A stretch of DNA of 64,000 bases from Limnohabitans sp. Rim8 (GTDB lineage: Bacteria > Pseudomonadota > Gammaproteobacteria > Burkholderiales > Burkholderiaceae_C), in NCBI RefSeq assembly GCF_945897465.1, contig NZ_CAMDFK010000005.1; one strand, 5' to 3'. Shown here one piece after another: positions 46,704-55,902 of the stretch (positions are counted from its first letter, which is position 1; the number at the start of each line of letters is the position of its first letter). A model generated the notes under the pieces. It did no database searches and was not told the origin of the DNA. It saw only the letters and a list, made by a program, of their open reading frames with translations. The position numbers were made by a program, and so were the translations under genes.

Positions 46704-47423
46704 TCAGGCCTTTTGAAATCGGTCAAATCCTGCTGCCCGCAACTCGCACGCCGGGCACTGGCCACAGCCATAACCCCAGTCGGAGCGGTGGGTGCGGTCA
46801 CCCAGGTAGCAGGTGTGGGTGTGCTCGACGACCAGATCCACCAGGGCTTGACCACCGCCTTGGGGCAGAGCCTTTTGGCCCAAGTCGTAGGCCAGTTGCC
46901 AGGTCTGTGCTTTGTCGATCCACATGAGTGGCGTTTCGATCAGCAGCTTGCGGTCCATCCCCAGCGACAGGGCCACTTGCATGGCTTTCATGGTGTCGTC
47001 GCGGCAGTCGGGGTAGCCCGAGAAATCGGTCTCGCACACGCCGGTGACGATGACCTGCAAGCCCCGGCGGTAAGCCAAAGCAGCGGCCAGCGTCAGGAAC
47101 AGCAGATTGCGCCCCGGCACAAAGGTGTTGGGCAGCCCCGAGCTTTCCATCTCGATGGCGGTGTCGCGGGTCAGTGACGTTTCGCTGATCTGGCCGAGGA
47201 TGCCCGTGTCCAGCAGGTGGTCTTCGCCCATTTTGGGGGCCCATTGCGGGAACTTTGCCTTGATGGCGGCCAACACGTTCAAGCGGGCTTCCAACTCAAC
47301 TTTGTGGCGCTGGCCGTAATCAAAAGCCAGAGTTTCGACACGTTCGTAACGGCTCAAAGCATGGACCAAGCAGGTGGTGGAGTCTTGACCACCGGAAAAC
47401 AGGACGAGGGCGGAGGTGTGCAT
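46704..47423 (-). CDS. queC: 7-cyano-7-deazaguanine synthase
   Basis: PP-loop [12 protein letters not shown] and the C-terminal Zn cluster [14 protein letters not shown]. The start MHTSALVLF is at 47423. Confidence 0.9.
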   Translation of the reverse strand: MHTSALVLFSGGQDSTTCLVHALSRYERVETLAFDYGQRHKVELEARLNVLAAIKAKFPQWAPKMGEDHLLDTGILGQISETSLTRDTAIEMESSGLPNTFVPGRNLLFLTLAAALAYRRGLQVIVTGVCETDFSGYPDCRDDTMKAMQVALSLGMDRKLLIETPLMWIDKAQTWQLAYDLGQKALPQGGGQALVDLVVEHTHTCYLGDRTHRSDWGYGCGQCPACELRAAGFDRFQKA

Positions 47424-47474
47424 GGGGTGGGATGGTAACGCTGTCTCTGTCGGGAGAGTTGTCTGAGTCGGGGC

Positions 47475-47558
47475 GCGTTTGGAAGGGGGCGGCGGCGGGC
47501 TCCTCATGAGGCGGGGGTACGCCAAAATCGTCGCCCGCCGCCGCCCCCTTCCAAACGC
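47475..47558. repeat. perfect 26-bp-stem hairpin with 32-nt loop (element copy 1)
   Basis: The arms GCGTTTGGAAGGGGGCGGCGGCGGGC (47475-47500) and GCCCGCCGCCGCCCCCTTCCAAACGC (47533-47558) are exact reverse complements. The loop is TCCTCATGAGGCGGGGGTACGCCAAAATCGTC. Confidence 0.95.
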
Positions 47559-47676
47559 TGGTGGTTGTCTTCAGCCTTGCTGGCGGTGAATACTTTCCTT
47601 GCAGTCGGTGACCGCTTTTCTTGAAGCCACCAAACGCTAGCCTTGAGCGTACTGGCCGCGCAGCCCATGGTCTTGC

Positions 47677-47762
47677 GTGGGTGGGTGAGGGCGGGCACAG
47701 GGTGACGATTTTGGCGTACCCCCGCCTCATGAGGAACCCTGTGCCCGCCCTCACCCACCCAC
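47677..47762. repeat. perfect 27-bp-stem hairpin with the same 32-nt loop in inverted orientation (element copy 2)
   Basis: The arms GTGGGTGGGTGAGGGCGGGCACAGGGT (47677-47703) and its exact complement (47736-47762) are unrelated in sequence to the copy 1 arms. The loop GACGATTTTGGCGTACCCCCGCCTCATGAGGA is the exact reverse complement of loop 1. Confidence 0.95.
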
Positions 47763-47855
47763 ACCACATCTGCCGAACCTCAACCACACCACAGCCGCAA
47801 AACCCAAGCCATCGATAGAGGACAATCAAGCCTTCAAAAAGCCCGTCAAACCCCA

Positions 47856-49739
47856 GTGTCCCCCCACCTCCCCATCCTGCGCGAAATATTTGGCTACGAC
47901 GCCTTTCGCGGCCCGCAGCAAGCCATCATTGACCATGTGGCGGCCGGGGGCGATGCACTGGTGCTCATGCCCACGGGCGGGGGCAAATCGCTGTGCTACC
48001 AAATCCCGGCCATTGCGCGCCAGCGTTCTGGGCACGGCATCACGGTGGTGGTCTCGCCCCTGATCGCGCTGATGCACGACCAAGTGGGTGCACTGCACGA
48101 GGCGGGGGTGAGTGCCGCCTTCCTCAACTCGACCCTCACCCCCGAAGAAGCCAGCGACGTCGAGCGGCGCTTGCTGCGCGGAGAGATCACCCTGCTGTAT
48201 GCCGCCCCCGAGCGCGTGACCAACGCGCGTTTTCTGGCGCAGATGGACTCGCTGCTTGAGCGCGGCTTGCTCAGCCTGTTTGCCATCGACGAAGCGCATT
48301 GCGTGAGTCAATGGGGCCACGACTTCCGGCCCGAATACCGGGGCCTCACGGTGCTGCACGAGCGCTACCCCAGCGTGCCGCGTGTGGCGCTCACGGCCAC
48401 GGCCGATGCGCTGACCCGCGCCGACATCGTCGAGCGGCTGCAACTGGAAGGCGCAGAGCTGTTCATCAGCAGCTTTGACCGGCCCAACATCCGTTACACC
48501 ATCGTCGAGAAAAAAGACGCCAGCACGCAGCTGCTGCGCTTCATCGAACGCGAACACCCCGAAGAAGCGGGTGTGGTCTATTGCCAGTCGCGCAAGCGGG
48601 TCGAAGAAATCGCAGCCATGCTGGTCGAGTCGGGCATCCACGCGCTGCCGTACCACGCCGGGCTGGATGCAGGCGTGCGACAGCACCACCAAAACGAGTT
48701 TCTGCGCGAAGAGGGTGTGGTGATGGTCGCCACGGTGGCCTTTGGCATGGGCATCGACAAACCCGATGTGCGTTTTGTGGCGCACCTGGACATGCCCAAA
48801 AACATCGAAGGCTATTACCAAGAGACCGGCCGCGCCGGGCGCGACGGCTTGGCGTCGGATGCGTGGATGGCCTACGGCCTGCAAGACGTGGTGAACCAGC
48901 GCCGCATGATCGACGAAAGCCCGGCTGGCGAAGAATTCAAGCAAGTCATGCGCGGCAAGCTCGACGCCCTGCTGGCCCTGGCCGAAGCCACCGACTGCCG
49001 CCGCGTGCGGCTGCTGAGTTACTTCGGCGAAAGCTACAACAGCCAAAAGGACAGCGCACAAGGCGTTTACATGCCCTTTTGTGGCAACTGCGACAACTGC
49101 TTGAACCCGCCCGAAGTGTGGGACGGCACCGATGCGGCGCGCAAGCTGCTGTCCACCGTGTACCGCACCCAGCAAAGCAGTGGGCACAGCTTTGGGGCGA
49201 GCCACACCATGGACATCGTGCGCGGCAAAAAAACCGAGAAAGTGGCGCAGCGCGGCCATGAAAGCATCAGCACCTTTGGACTGGGCGCCGAATACAGCGA
49301 ACAACAACTGCGCGCCGTGATGCGCCAGTTGATTGCGATCGGCGCTTTGCATGTGCACACAGAAGACGGTTTCAGCACCCTGCACCTGACAGAGGCCTCA
49401 CGCGCCGTGCTCAAAGGCGATGTGCCCGTGCAATTGCGCGAGAGCACCAGCCAACGCAGCGACAAAAAGAGCCGAACCCGTGGCGGCCCCGCGCCTGCTG
49501 CGGCCAACCTGGGGCAAGACGCGATGGTGCGCTTCATCAACCTCAAGGCCTGGCGCGCCGAGGTGGCCAAAGAACACAACCTGCCCGCGTATGTGATCTT
49601 CCACGACGCCACCTTGGCCGCCATTGCCGAAGCCGCGCCGCAAAGCCTGGCGCAGCTGCAAGGCATCAGCGGGCTAGGCGTCAAAAAGCTGGAAGCTTAC
49701 GGACCACAGGTGCTCCGGGTGTGCAACGGGGCGGTTTGA
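47856..49739 (+). CDS. recQ: ATP-dependent DNA helicase RecQ
   Basis: [10 protein letters not shown], Walker A PTGGGKS and the DEAH box [18 protein letters not shown] are present. So are the Zn-binding CRR..CGNCDNC and a C-terminal HRDC domain. GTG start at 47856. Confidence 0.9.
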   Translation: MSPHLPILREIFGYDAFRGPQQAIIDHVAAGGDALVLMPTGGGKSLCYQIPAIARQRSGHGITVVVSPLIALMHDQVGALHEAGVSAAFLNSTLTPEEASDVERRLLRGEITLLYAAPERVTNARFLAQMDSLLERGLLSLFAIDEAHCVSQWGHDFRPEYRGLTVLHERYPSVPRVALTATADALTRADIVERLQLEGAELFISSFDRPNIRYTIVEKKDASTQLLRFIEREHPEEAGVVYCQSRKRVEEIAAMLVESGIHALPYHAGLDAGVRQHHQNEFLREEGVVMVATVAFGMGIDKPDVRFVAHLDMPKNIEGYYQETGRAGRDGLASDAWMAYGLQDVVNQRRMIDESPAGEEFKQVMRGKLDALLALAEATDCRRVRLLSYFGESYNSQKDSAQGVYMPFCGNCDNCLNPPEVWDGTDAARKLLSTVYRTQQSSGHSFGASHTMDIVRGKKTEKVAQRGHESISTFGLGAEYSEQQLRAVMRQLIAIGALHVHTEDGFSTLHLTEASRAVLKGDVPVQLRESTSQRSDKKSRTRGGPAPAAANLGQDAMVRFINLKAWRAEVAKEHNLPAYVIFHDATLAAIAEAAPQSLAQLQGISGLGVKKLEAYGPQVLRVCNGAV

Positions 49740-50597
49740 TCACTTGCGCACAGCAGGCACCTCAATGGGCAAGCTCTCACCGCGCCACATCAAATACAAA
49801 GCCAGTTGCCGCATCTCCAAAGCTCCCCAAGGCGGAACTTCGGCGCGAATACCGGCATAACAACTGCGCAAGCGCCGCTCCAGCGAACCTGGTTTTTGCC
49901 ATTCCAGACGGTACAGCGGGTAACCATTGGGCTGCCCTTGACTCAGCGGGTCGGTATACAGGGGTTGTCCAAAATTTTGGTCATGGCATTGGGCGCACGA
50001 CAAATTCATTTGGCCTTGACGTTGTGAAAACAGGGTCGCCCCCGCTTGCCAGTGGCCGCGGGCCGCACCGCCAATGTCCACCCGCAAGGGCATGCCGTTG
50101 GAGGCCTGCGTCACGAGCAAACTCAAGCCGAGCAGGGCATCGGATTCGGGGGGCATGGCCGCCGCTTGTTGGTGGCGCGTGGTGCATTGGTTGATGCGGT
50201 CTTCGAGGTTGAACAGCCGCCCACTGGCGGCATCGATGGCGGGGTAACGCGTGGCGACGCCTTTCATGCTCGTGGCCACTGCGCCGTGGCAACTCACGCA
50301 CGATTTGCCGTTCGCGGCACTGGCTTGGCCCCAGGCTTGCGCCCCTTGGCTCAGCCAGAGTTGGGCGGGGTTGGCAAATTCGTCGGCTTGCAAGGCTTGC
50401 ACATCCTTGCCCGAATAATGCAGACCCGATTTGAGCTGCGACAAAGGCAAACTCCGCGCTGGTGGCGCTGCCGTTTGCGCAGCGGCGTACCCAATTCCAC
50501 CCCACAACGCGACAAGCATGAAAAAAAGCCAACACAACTGGATCATGGTGCGCACACACCAAGCTGCGGGCATCGACGCGAACGCTGTGCTGCGCAT
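49740..50597 (-). CDS. soxA: sulfur-oxidation diheme c-type cytochrome SoxA
   Basis: Two CxxCH motifs (CVSCHG, CAQCHD). Also the SoxA-specific GYPLYRLEWQ..GSLERRLRSC segment containing the heme-ligand Cys. Confidence 0.85.
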   Translation of the reverse strand: MRSTAFASMPAAWCVRTMIQLCWLFFMLVALWGGIGYAAAQTAAPPARSLPLSQLKSGLHYSGKDVQALQADEFANPAQLWLSQGAQAWGQASAANGKSCVSCHGAVATSMKGVATRYPAIDAASGRLFNLEDRINQCTTRHQQAAAMPPESDALLGLSLLVTQASNGMPLRVDIGGAARGHWQAGATLFSQRQGQMNLSCAQCHDQNFGQPLYTDPLSQGQPNGYPLYRLEWQKPGSLERRLRSCYAGIRAEVPPWGALEMRQLALYLMWRGESLPIEVPAVRK

Positions 50598-50601
50598 GTG
50601 C

Positions 50602-50937
50602 TCAGGGGATGCTCTTGGGCAAGACCGTCAATGTTTGTCGCAAGCTGCCTTTGACGCCCCGGTCATCGATCCATTCGACATGCATTTCGGCCGTTTGTTC
50701 TGCTCGCACAAAAAATTCAAACAAGGGGTTGGCTGAAATCCCCGACGAAGGCTCTGCACGGAACACCTCTTGCTGGCCCAAAGTACAGGTCAAAGATCGG
50801 ATCACGTTGCGCGGCACCAATTTGCCCAACAGGTCTTGCAAGTAACCTGTGTCCATGGGGTGTTGCACCAGCAGACGAACTTTGACCAGATCCCCCGTCA
50901 AGACGCGTTCAGGCCATTGGATGCGTGCAAATGCCAT
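50602..50937 (-). CDS. soxZ: thiosulfate-oxidation carrier complex protein SoxZ
   Basis: 111 aa with VKVRLLVQHPMDTG...ANP.F.F, characteristic of SoxZ. It starts 2 nt after the soxY stop. Confidence 0.85.
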   Translation of the reverse strand: MAFARIQWPERVLTGDLVKVRLLVQHPMDTGYLQDLLGKLVPRNVIRSLTCTLGQQEVFRAEPSSGISANPLFEFFVRAEQTAEMHVEWIDDRGVKGSLRQTLTVLPKSIP

Positions 50938-50939
50938 GA

Positions 50940-51425
50940 TCAAGATGCGTCGACGCAAGCCGACTCTGTGACGATGATTTCCATCTGGCTATATCGAAAT
51001 TCCCCATTGGACAAGCGTGCCAAAGCGACCACTTGTTGGGTGCCTGCCAAGCGAAGGCGGGTGCTGACTTCGGCGCGTCCGTTCCATGGCCCTAAACGAA
51101 AAACCGCCATTTGGGTCACCGGATTGCGCTGAGACAACAGGTACAAATGCGTCACATGGTCTTGGGGCGTCATGGGGCTTTGCACTTGCACCGTGACAGG
51201 CACCAAAGTGCCGTTGTCGGCCAGCACAGGGGCCACCCATTTGACGTCTTGCTCCAGCACACGAGCGCCCTGGGTCAGGGGCGCGATCATTTTCGCCACG
51301 CTCAACAACTGGCCCGAGGCCATCTCCTGGGCTTGGCTGGGCAACAGCCTTGCTGCGGCCCAATACAGCCCCACCCTCAGCATCTGCCGCAAGCCATCGC
51401 GACGGGTGAATGCCAACCACTTCAT
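50940..51425 (-). CDS. soxY: SoxY-like sulfur carrier protein with non-canonical C-terminus
   Basis: Tat-like TRRDGLRQM and a SoxY fold pattern (ADNGTLVPVTV, PVT.MAVF). It ends ...IIVTESACVDAS instead of the canonical ...GGCGG. Confidence 0.7.
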   Translation of the reverse strand: MKWLAFTRRDGLRQMLRVGLYWAAARLLPSQAQEMASGQLLSVAKMIAPLTQGARVLEQDVKWVAPVLADNGTLVPVTVQVQSPMTPQDHVTHLYLLSQRNPVTQMAVFRLGPWNGRAEVSTRLRLAGTQQVVALARLSNGEFRYSQMEIIVTESACVDAS

Positions 51426-51838
51426 GGGGTGGCCGAAGCGGGCATGAACAGATAGCTCAAGATATCTTCGAGCGACTGGGCCGTCAAGATGGTTTGGCCT
51501 TTGTAGGCGCTGGCCACATTGTTAAAACCCTCGGTACTGAAATAGGCTGGCATGATGGTCTGCGGATTAAAGCGTCGGGCATCTGCGATGCGCTCTCGGG
51601 CTTGGTCTTTGGTGCTGCGCTCGGGCAAACCGACCAAAGACGGGCCGAGTGCGCCACCCGCAGGCAAACCCTGCACTTGATGGCACAGCACACACCCGCT
51701 GTCTTGTCTTTGCAATAGCAAGGCCTTGCCCCGCTCTGGCGAGCCGACTTGGGGGATCTCTGGCGATTGCGCAGCGGCCCAGCCCCAGCCAGCACTGAAC
51801 ACCAAGGCCCACACCCGTGCCAAGCCCAGCACCGTCAT
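51422..51838 (-). CDS. soxX: monoheme c-type cytochrome SoxX
   Basis: GCVLCHQV heme motif, followed by GPSL.G and NPQTIMPAYF, with ILT..Q.EDILSYL. The ATG overlaps the stop of the upstream Mo-subunit gene (ATGA). Confidence 0.8.
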   Translation of the reverse strand: MTVLGLARVWALVFSAGWGWAAAQSPEIPQVGSPERGKALLLQRQDSGCVLCHQVQGLPAGGALGPSLVGLPERSTKDQARERIADARRFNPQTIMPAYFSTEGFNNVASAYKGQTILTAQSLEDILSYLFMPASATP

Positions 51839-54003
51839 GCCCGTGCCAAAGTCAAACCGTGGTTTTTGAGAGGCAAACTGCGGATGCGTTTGCCCAATGC
51901 GGCCGAAATGGCATTGGCCACTGCCGGTGCCAAAGGCGCTTGGGCCGGCTCGCCCACGCCACCCCAAAAGCCGCCAGTGGGTGCAATCACCACCTCCACT
52001 TTGGGCATCTCGTTCAAGCGCATCATCCGGTAATCGTGGAAATTCGATTGTTCCACTCGCCCGTCTTTGATGGTGTTTTCACCCCAGAAGATGGCGGTCA
52101 AGCCGTGCACCACGCTGCCTTGGAATTGGGCCACGATGTTGTCAGGGTTCACGGCATAACCGGGGTCAATGCCAATCACAATGCGGTGGATTTTGACTTC
52201 ATTTTTCACATTGATAGAGACATCGCACACGCAAGCGGTCCAGCTGCCATAACCGTCAGTGGACGCCACGCCTCTGAACACACCGGGGGCAGGTTTTTTG
52301 TCCCAACCGGCAGCTTTGGTCACGGCCAGCAAGATGGCGCGGTCGCGGTTGGCTTTTTCATTGTTGGGCAACATGGCCAGGCGGTAAGCCACCGGGTCCT
52401 GTAAGGCCGCCTGTGCCAACTCGTCAATGAAGCACTCTCGCCCGAACGGGTTTTGTGAATGCCCCACCGTGCGCCAAAAACCCACCGGCACATTGGTGTT
52501 GCGCTGGGCATAGTCCACCAAAGTATTGGGGATGTCATAGGGGTGGTCATTGAAGCTGGCCACTGCCTGACCATCAATGCCTTTGGGTAAGGGCAGCTTC
52601 AGCAAAGTAGCCAAGATGGATGGGGCGCTGACGCGAATGTGCAAGGCCTCGGGCTTTCCTGAGGCGCTCAAGCTCGCCTTGAAGCGCATCAGGCTGGCCG
52701 GACGGTACAGGCCATGTTGGATTTCCTCTTCACGCGACCACAGCATTTTGATGGGCTTGCCGGGCATGGCTTTGGCAATGGTGACGGCTTGGCGCGTGAA
52801 GTCTTGTGGGCTTTTTCTCCCCAGGCCGCCGCCCAGCTGCATCGGGTGCACTTTCACGTTGGCCTGCGGTACGCCTGCTGTCGCAGCCGCCACCGCCAAA
52901 GTAGATTCGGGGTTTTGCGTCGAGCACCAGACATCGAGTTGGTCGCCCTGAAGCCACGCCGAACACACCATGGGCTCCATGGTGGCGTGTGCCAAATAAG
53001 GCGTGAAGTACTCGGCCTCGATGACCTTGGACGCTTTGCTCAGGGCATCCGTAGTGTTACCGTCGTTGCGTGCCACTGCCAGTTCGGGCTGCTCCATACC
53101 AGCTTTGAAGTGAGCCATGATGGTCGCGCTGCTCAAGGTGCCATGCTCGCCCACATCCCAGTCCACCGCCACATCGCGCAGTGCTTCTTTGGCACGCCAC
53201 CAGTTGTCGGCCACCACGGCCACAAAGGTGCCCAGGTTCAGCACCTTCACGATGCCCCTGCGGTTTTCCACCTTGGAGGCATCCATGCTTTTGATGGTGC
53301 CGTTGAAGACCGGGCAAGCCGCAATGGCCGCGTGCAGCATGCCAGGGACTTGTGCGTCGATGCCGTACTTCACACGACCGGTCACGATGTCCGGGATGTC
53401 GACACGGGGGATGGGCTTGCCGATCAGTGTCCAGTCTTTGGGGTCTTTGAGTTTGACGTCTTTGGGCGCTTCCAATTTAGCGGCTGCGGCTGCCAGTTTT
53501 CCGTAGCTGAGCACACGCTTGGTGGGCACGTGGGTGACCTTACTCAGCGCTGCTTTGCACTCGCTGGCTGGCACGCCCCACTGCTGGGCGGCGGCGGCAA
53601 TCAGCATCTCACGCCCGGTGGCGCCGGCTTTGCGCAGGTATTCCTGCGAATTGCGAATGGTGCGACTGCCGACCGACGCCATGTCACCATAGGCGCGTTT
53701 GGTGCGAAGATTTTCATGCGCTGTGGCGTACTCGACGCGCACCTTTTTCCAATCGGCCTCCAACTCCTCGGCAATCATCATGGGTGCTGAAGTCATGCTG
53801 CCTTGGCCCATTTCAGCACGGGCGTAGCGAATGACAATGGTGTTGTTGGGCTCAATCTCGACCCAGACATTCAGCTGTGGCGTAGTGGCGGCCTGTGCCG
53901 ATTGGGGCACAAAGAACCCCACCGACAAGCCTGCTGCTGCGGTGCTGGAAATCTTCAAGAAGTGGCGGCGATCCATGCCGGAAAGCATCTCTGGGGTATT
54001 CAT
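51835..54003 (-). CDS. xanthine-dehydrogenase-family molybdopterin-binding subunit (IorB/aldehyde-oxidase-like), Tat-exported
   Basis: Tat signal [29 protein letters not shown]. The 722-aa body belongs to the aldehyde oxidase/xanthine dehydrogenase a/b-hammerhead and MoCo-binding family. The start at 54003 overlaps the small-subunit stop. Confidence 0.85.
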   Translation of the reverse strand: MNTPEMLSGMDRRHFLKISSTAAAGLSVGFFVPQSAQAATTPQLNVWVEIEPNNTIVIRYARAEMGQGSMTSAPMMIAEELEADWKKVRVEYATAHENLRTKRAYGDMASVGSRTIRNSQEYLRKAGATGREMLIAAAAQQWGVPASECKAALSKVTHVPTKRVLSYGKLAAAAAKLEAPKDVKLKDPKDWTLIGKPIPRVDIPDIVTGRVKYGIDAQVPGMLHAAIAACPVFNGTIKSMDASKVENRRGIVKVLNLGTFVAVVADNWWRAKEALRDVAVDWDVGEHGTLSSATIMAHFKAGMEQPELAVARNDGNTTDALSKASKVIEAEYFTPYLAHATMEPMVCSAWLQGDQLDVWCSTQNPESTLAVAAATAGVPQANVKVHPMQLGGGLGRKSPQDFTRQAVTIAKAMPGKPIKMLWSREEEIQHGLYRPASLMRFKASLSASGKPEALHIRVSAPSILATLLKLPLPKGIDGQAVASFNDHPYDIPNTLVDYAQRNTNVPVGFWRTVGHSQNPFGRECFIDELAQAALQDPVAYRLAMLPNNEKANRDRAILLAVTKAAGWDKKPAPGVFRGVASTDGYGSWTACVCDVSINVKNEVKIHRIVIGIDPGYAVNPDNIVAQFQGSVVHGLTAIFWGENTIKDGRVEQSNFHDYRMMRLNEMPKVEVVIAPTGGFWGGVGEPAQAPLAPAVANAISAALGKRIRSLPLKNHGLTLARA

Positions 54004-54458
54004 GCGCGGGTCCCTTTCTTGGCTGCTGCGTGAATGGCAGTGCGGATGCGTGCATAAGTGCCGCAACGGCAGATGTTGGTCATCGCGGCATCAATGTCTT
54101 CGTCGGTTGGCTTGGGCTTTTTCTTGAGCAGCGCCACTGCCGCAAGCATTTGGCCGCCTTGGCAATAACCGCATTGGGGCACTTGGTGGTCAATCCAAGC
54201 TTGCTGCACGGCGTGCAAACGGCCTTTGTCAGCCAAGCCTTCTATGGTGATGACTTTTTGCCCAGCGGCGCCTGATACCGGGTAAGCACAAGAGCGCACC
54301 GGATCGCCGTTCACCAAGACCGTACAAGACCCACATTGGGCAATGCCACATCCGAATTTCGGACCTTTGATGTTCAATTCATCGCGCAAGGCCCACAACA
54401 AGGGCATTTCGGGCTCCACATCCAGCGCGTGGTTTTTGCCGTTGACGTTCAGTTTCAT
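54000..54458 (-). CDS. (2Fe-2S)-binding small subunit of the molybdenum hydroxylase
   Basis: [12 protein letters not shown] and CGYCQGG cluster motifs. 152 aa. AAGGAG RBS. Confidence 0.88.
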   Translation of the reverse strand: MKLNVNGKNHALDVEPEMPLLWALRDELNIKGPKFGCGIAQCGSCTVLVNGDPVRSCAYPVSGAAGQKVITIEGLADKGRLHAVQQAWIDHQVPQCGYCQGGQMLAAVALLKKKPKPTDEDIDAAMTNICRCGTYARIRTAIHAAAKKGTRA

Positions 54459-54598
54459 GACAGCTAACTCCTTGTGGAAACCAAGAGTTAGTAATATGTC
54501 AACAAGCGCAGAAACATGCAATCGGGAAAGAACCTAAAGTGCTAACAGGCTGTGGCTTGATGTCACATGCGGGACTTGCACGTAAGCAGGGCTCGGTC

Positions 54599-55678
54599 TC
54601 ACTCGCTGAGTTGCAGTGCCCCACGCCGAATTTGGTCGCGCTCCAGGCTTTCAAACAGCGCCTTGAAGTTGCCTTCACCAAAGCCTTCGTCGGCCTTGCG
54701 CTGGATGAATTCAAAGAAGACTGGGCCCAGCAGGGTTTGGCTGAAGATTTGCAGCAGCAAACGCTTTTCGCCATTGGCGGTGGAGCCATCCATCAGGATG
54801 CCGCGCGCCTGCAGCTCGGGCACCGGCTCGCCGTGCCCCGGCAGGCGCTCTTCGAGCATCTCGTAATAAATGTTGTTGGGCGCGGTCATCAGCGGGATGC
54901 CCGCCATCTGCAGTGCGTCCACGCTTTTCAAGAGGTCATCGGTGAGCAGGGCAATGTGTTGGATGCCCTCGCCGTTGAACTGCATCAGGAACTCTTCGAT
55001 CTGGCCACCGGTCTTACCCGACTCTTCGTTGAGCGGAATGCGGATCAAACCGTCTGGGGCCATCATGGCCTGGCTGGTCAGGCCCGTGTATTCGCCCTTG
55101 ATGTCGAAGTAACGGATTTCCTGGAAGTTGAAGAGCTTCTCGTAAAAACCACTCCAATAGGCCATACGCCCTTTGTAGACGTTGTGCGTCATGTGGTCGA
55201 TGAGCTTGAGGCCGTGGCCGGGCGGGTGGCGGTCCACGCCCTCGATGAATTCGAAGTCGATGTCATAGATGCTTTTGCCGTCTTCAAAGCGGTCGATCAA
55301 ATACAAAGGCGCGCCGCCAATGCCCATGATGGCGGGCAGGCGCAACTCCATCGGGCCGGTGGGCACATCCACCGGCTGCGCCCCGAGATCCAGCGCCCGC
55401 GCATAAGCCTTGTGCGAATCCCTCACCCGGAACGCCAGCGCGCAGGCGCAAGGGCCGTGCTCGGCAGCAAAGTAACCGGCCAGGCTTTTGGGCTCGCGGT
55501 TGACGATGAAATTGATGTCGCCCTGGCGGAAGAGCACCACGTCTTTGGAGCGGTGCTTCGCCACCAAAGTGAAACCCATTTTCTCGAACAAGGGCTCCAA
55601 GGTGTTGGGCGCGGGGGAGGCGAACTCGACGAACTCGAAGCCACACAAACCCATGGGGTTGTCAAACAAATCGGCCAT
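54599..55678 (-). CDS. hppD: 4-hydroxyphenylpyruvate dioxygenase
   Basis: [14 protein letters not shown] start, IQHIAL iron-ligand region, and the C-terminal [24 protein letters not shown]-like tail (here ...[25 protein letters not shown]). Confidence 0.9.
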   Translation of the reverse strand: MADLFDNPMGLCGFEFVEFASPAPNTLEPLFEKMGFTLVAKHRSKDVVLFRQGDINFIVNREPKSLAGYFAAEHGPCACALAFRVRDSHKAYARALDLGAQPVDVPTGPMELRLPAIMGIGGAPLYLIDRFEDGKSIYDIDFEFIEGVDRHPPGHGLKLIDHMTHNVYKGRMAYWSGFYEKLFNFQEIRYFDIKGEYTGLTSQAMMAPDGLIRIPLNEESGKTGGQIEEFLMQFNGEGIQHIALLTDDLLKSVDALQMAGIPLMTAPNNIYYEMLEERLPGHGEPVPELQARGILMDGSTANGEKRLLLQIFSQTLLGPVFFEFIQRKADEGFGEGNFKALFESLERDQIRRGALQLSE

Positions 55679-55902
55679 GAAATTTCCAGTGAACAGCAGG
55701 GCCGCGCTGCAGGGTGAACGCAGCCCGAATTGAAATCGGACAAACAAAAAGAGAGGGGATTTAAAGAGCCTGCGGCGGCGCGCAAGGCTTGCCCCGCGTG
55801 CTGCGCGCGAGGTGGATGCCGAAAATCAAAACCTGGATGGCCATGGGGCTAGATGGTCGTCGCCGGACCGTGAAATGTCAAGCCACGCCACCACCCGGCA
55901 TT

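Noticed and set aside
47424-47474. preQ1 riboswitch upstream of queC
   Set aside because: I read the leader on the minus strand and found no preQ1-I/II/III-like core, such as a conserved CCCUC...UAAAAAACUA(A/G) type tail. The region is instead occupied by the large hairpins reported above.
47826-49385. 519-aa ORF on the minus strand, antisense to recQ
   Set aside because: It is fully embedded in recQ, whose product shows every helicase motif (Walker A, DEAH, Zn finger, HRDC). The antisense product is Ala/Gly/Arg/His/Val-rich with no recognisable motif. It is a typical GC-driven shadow ORF.
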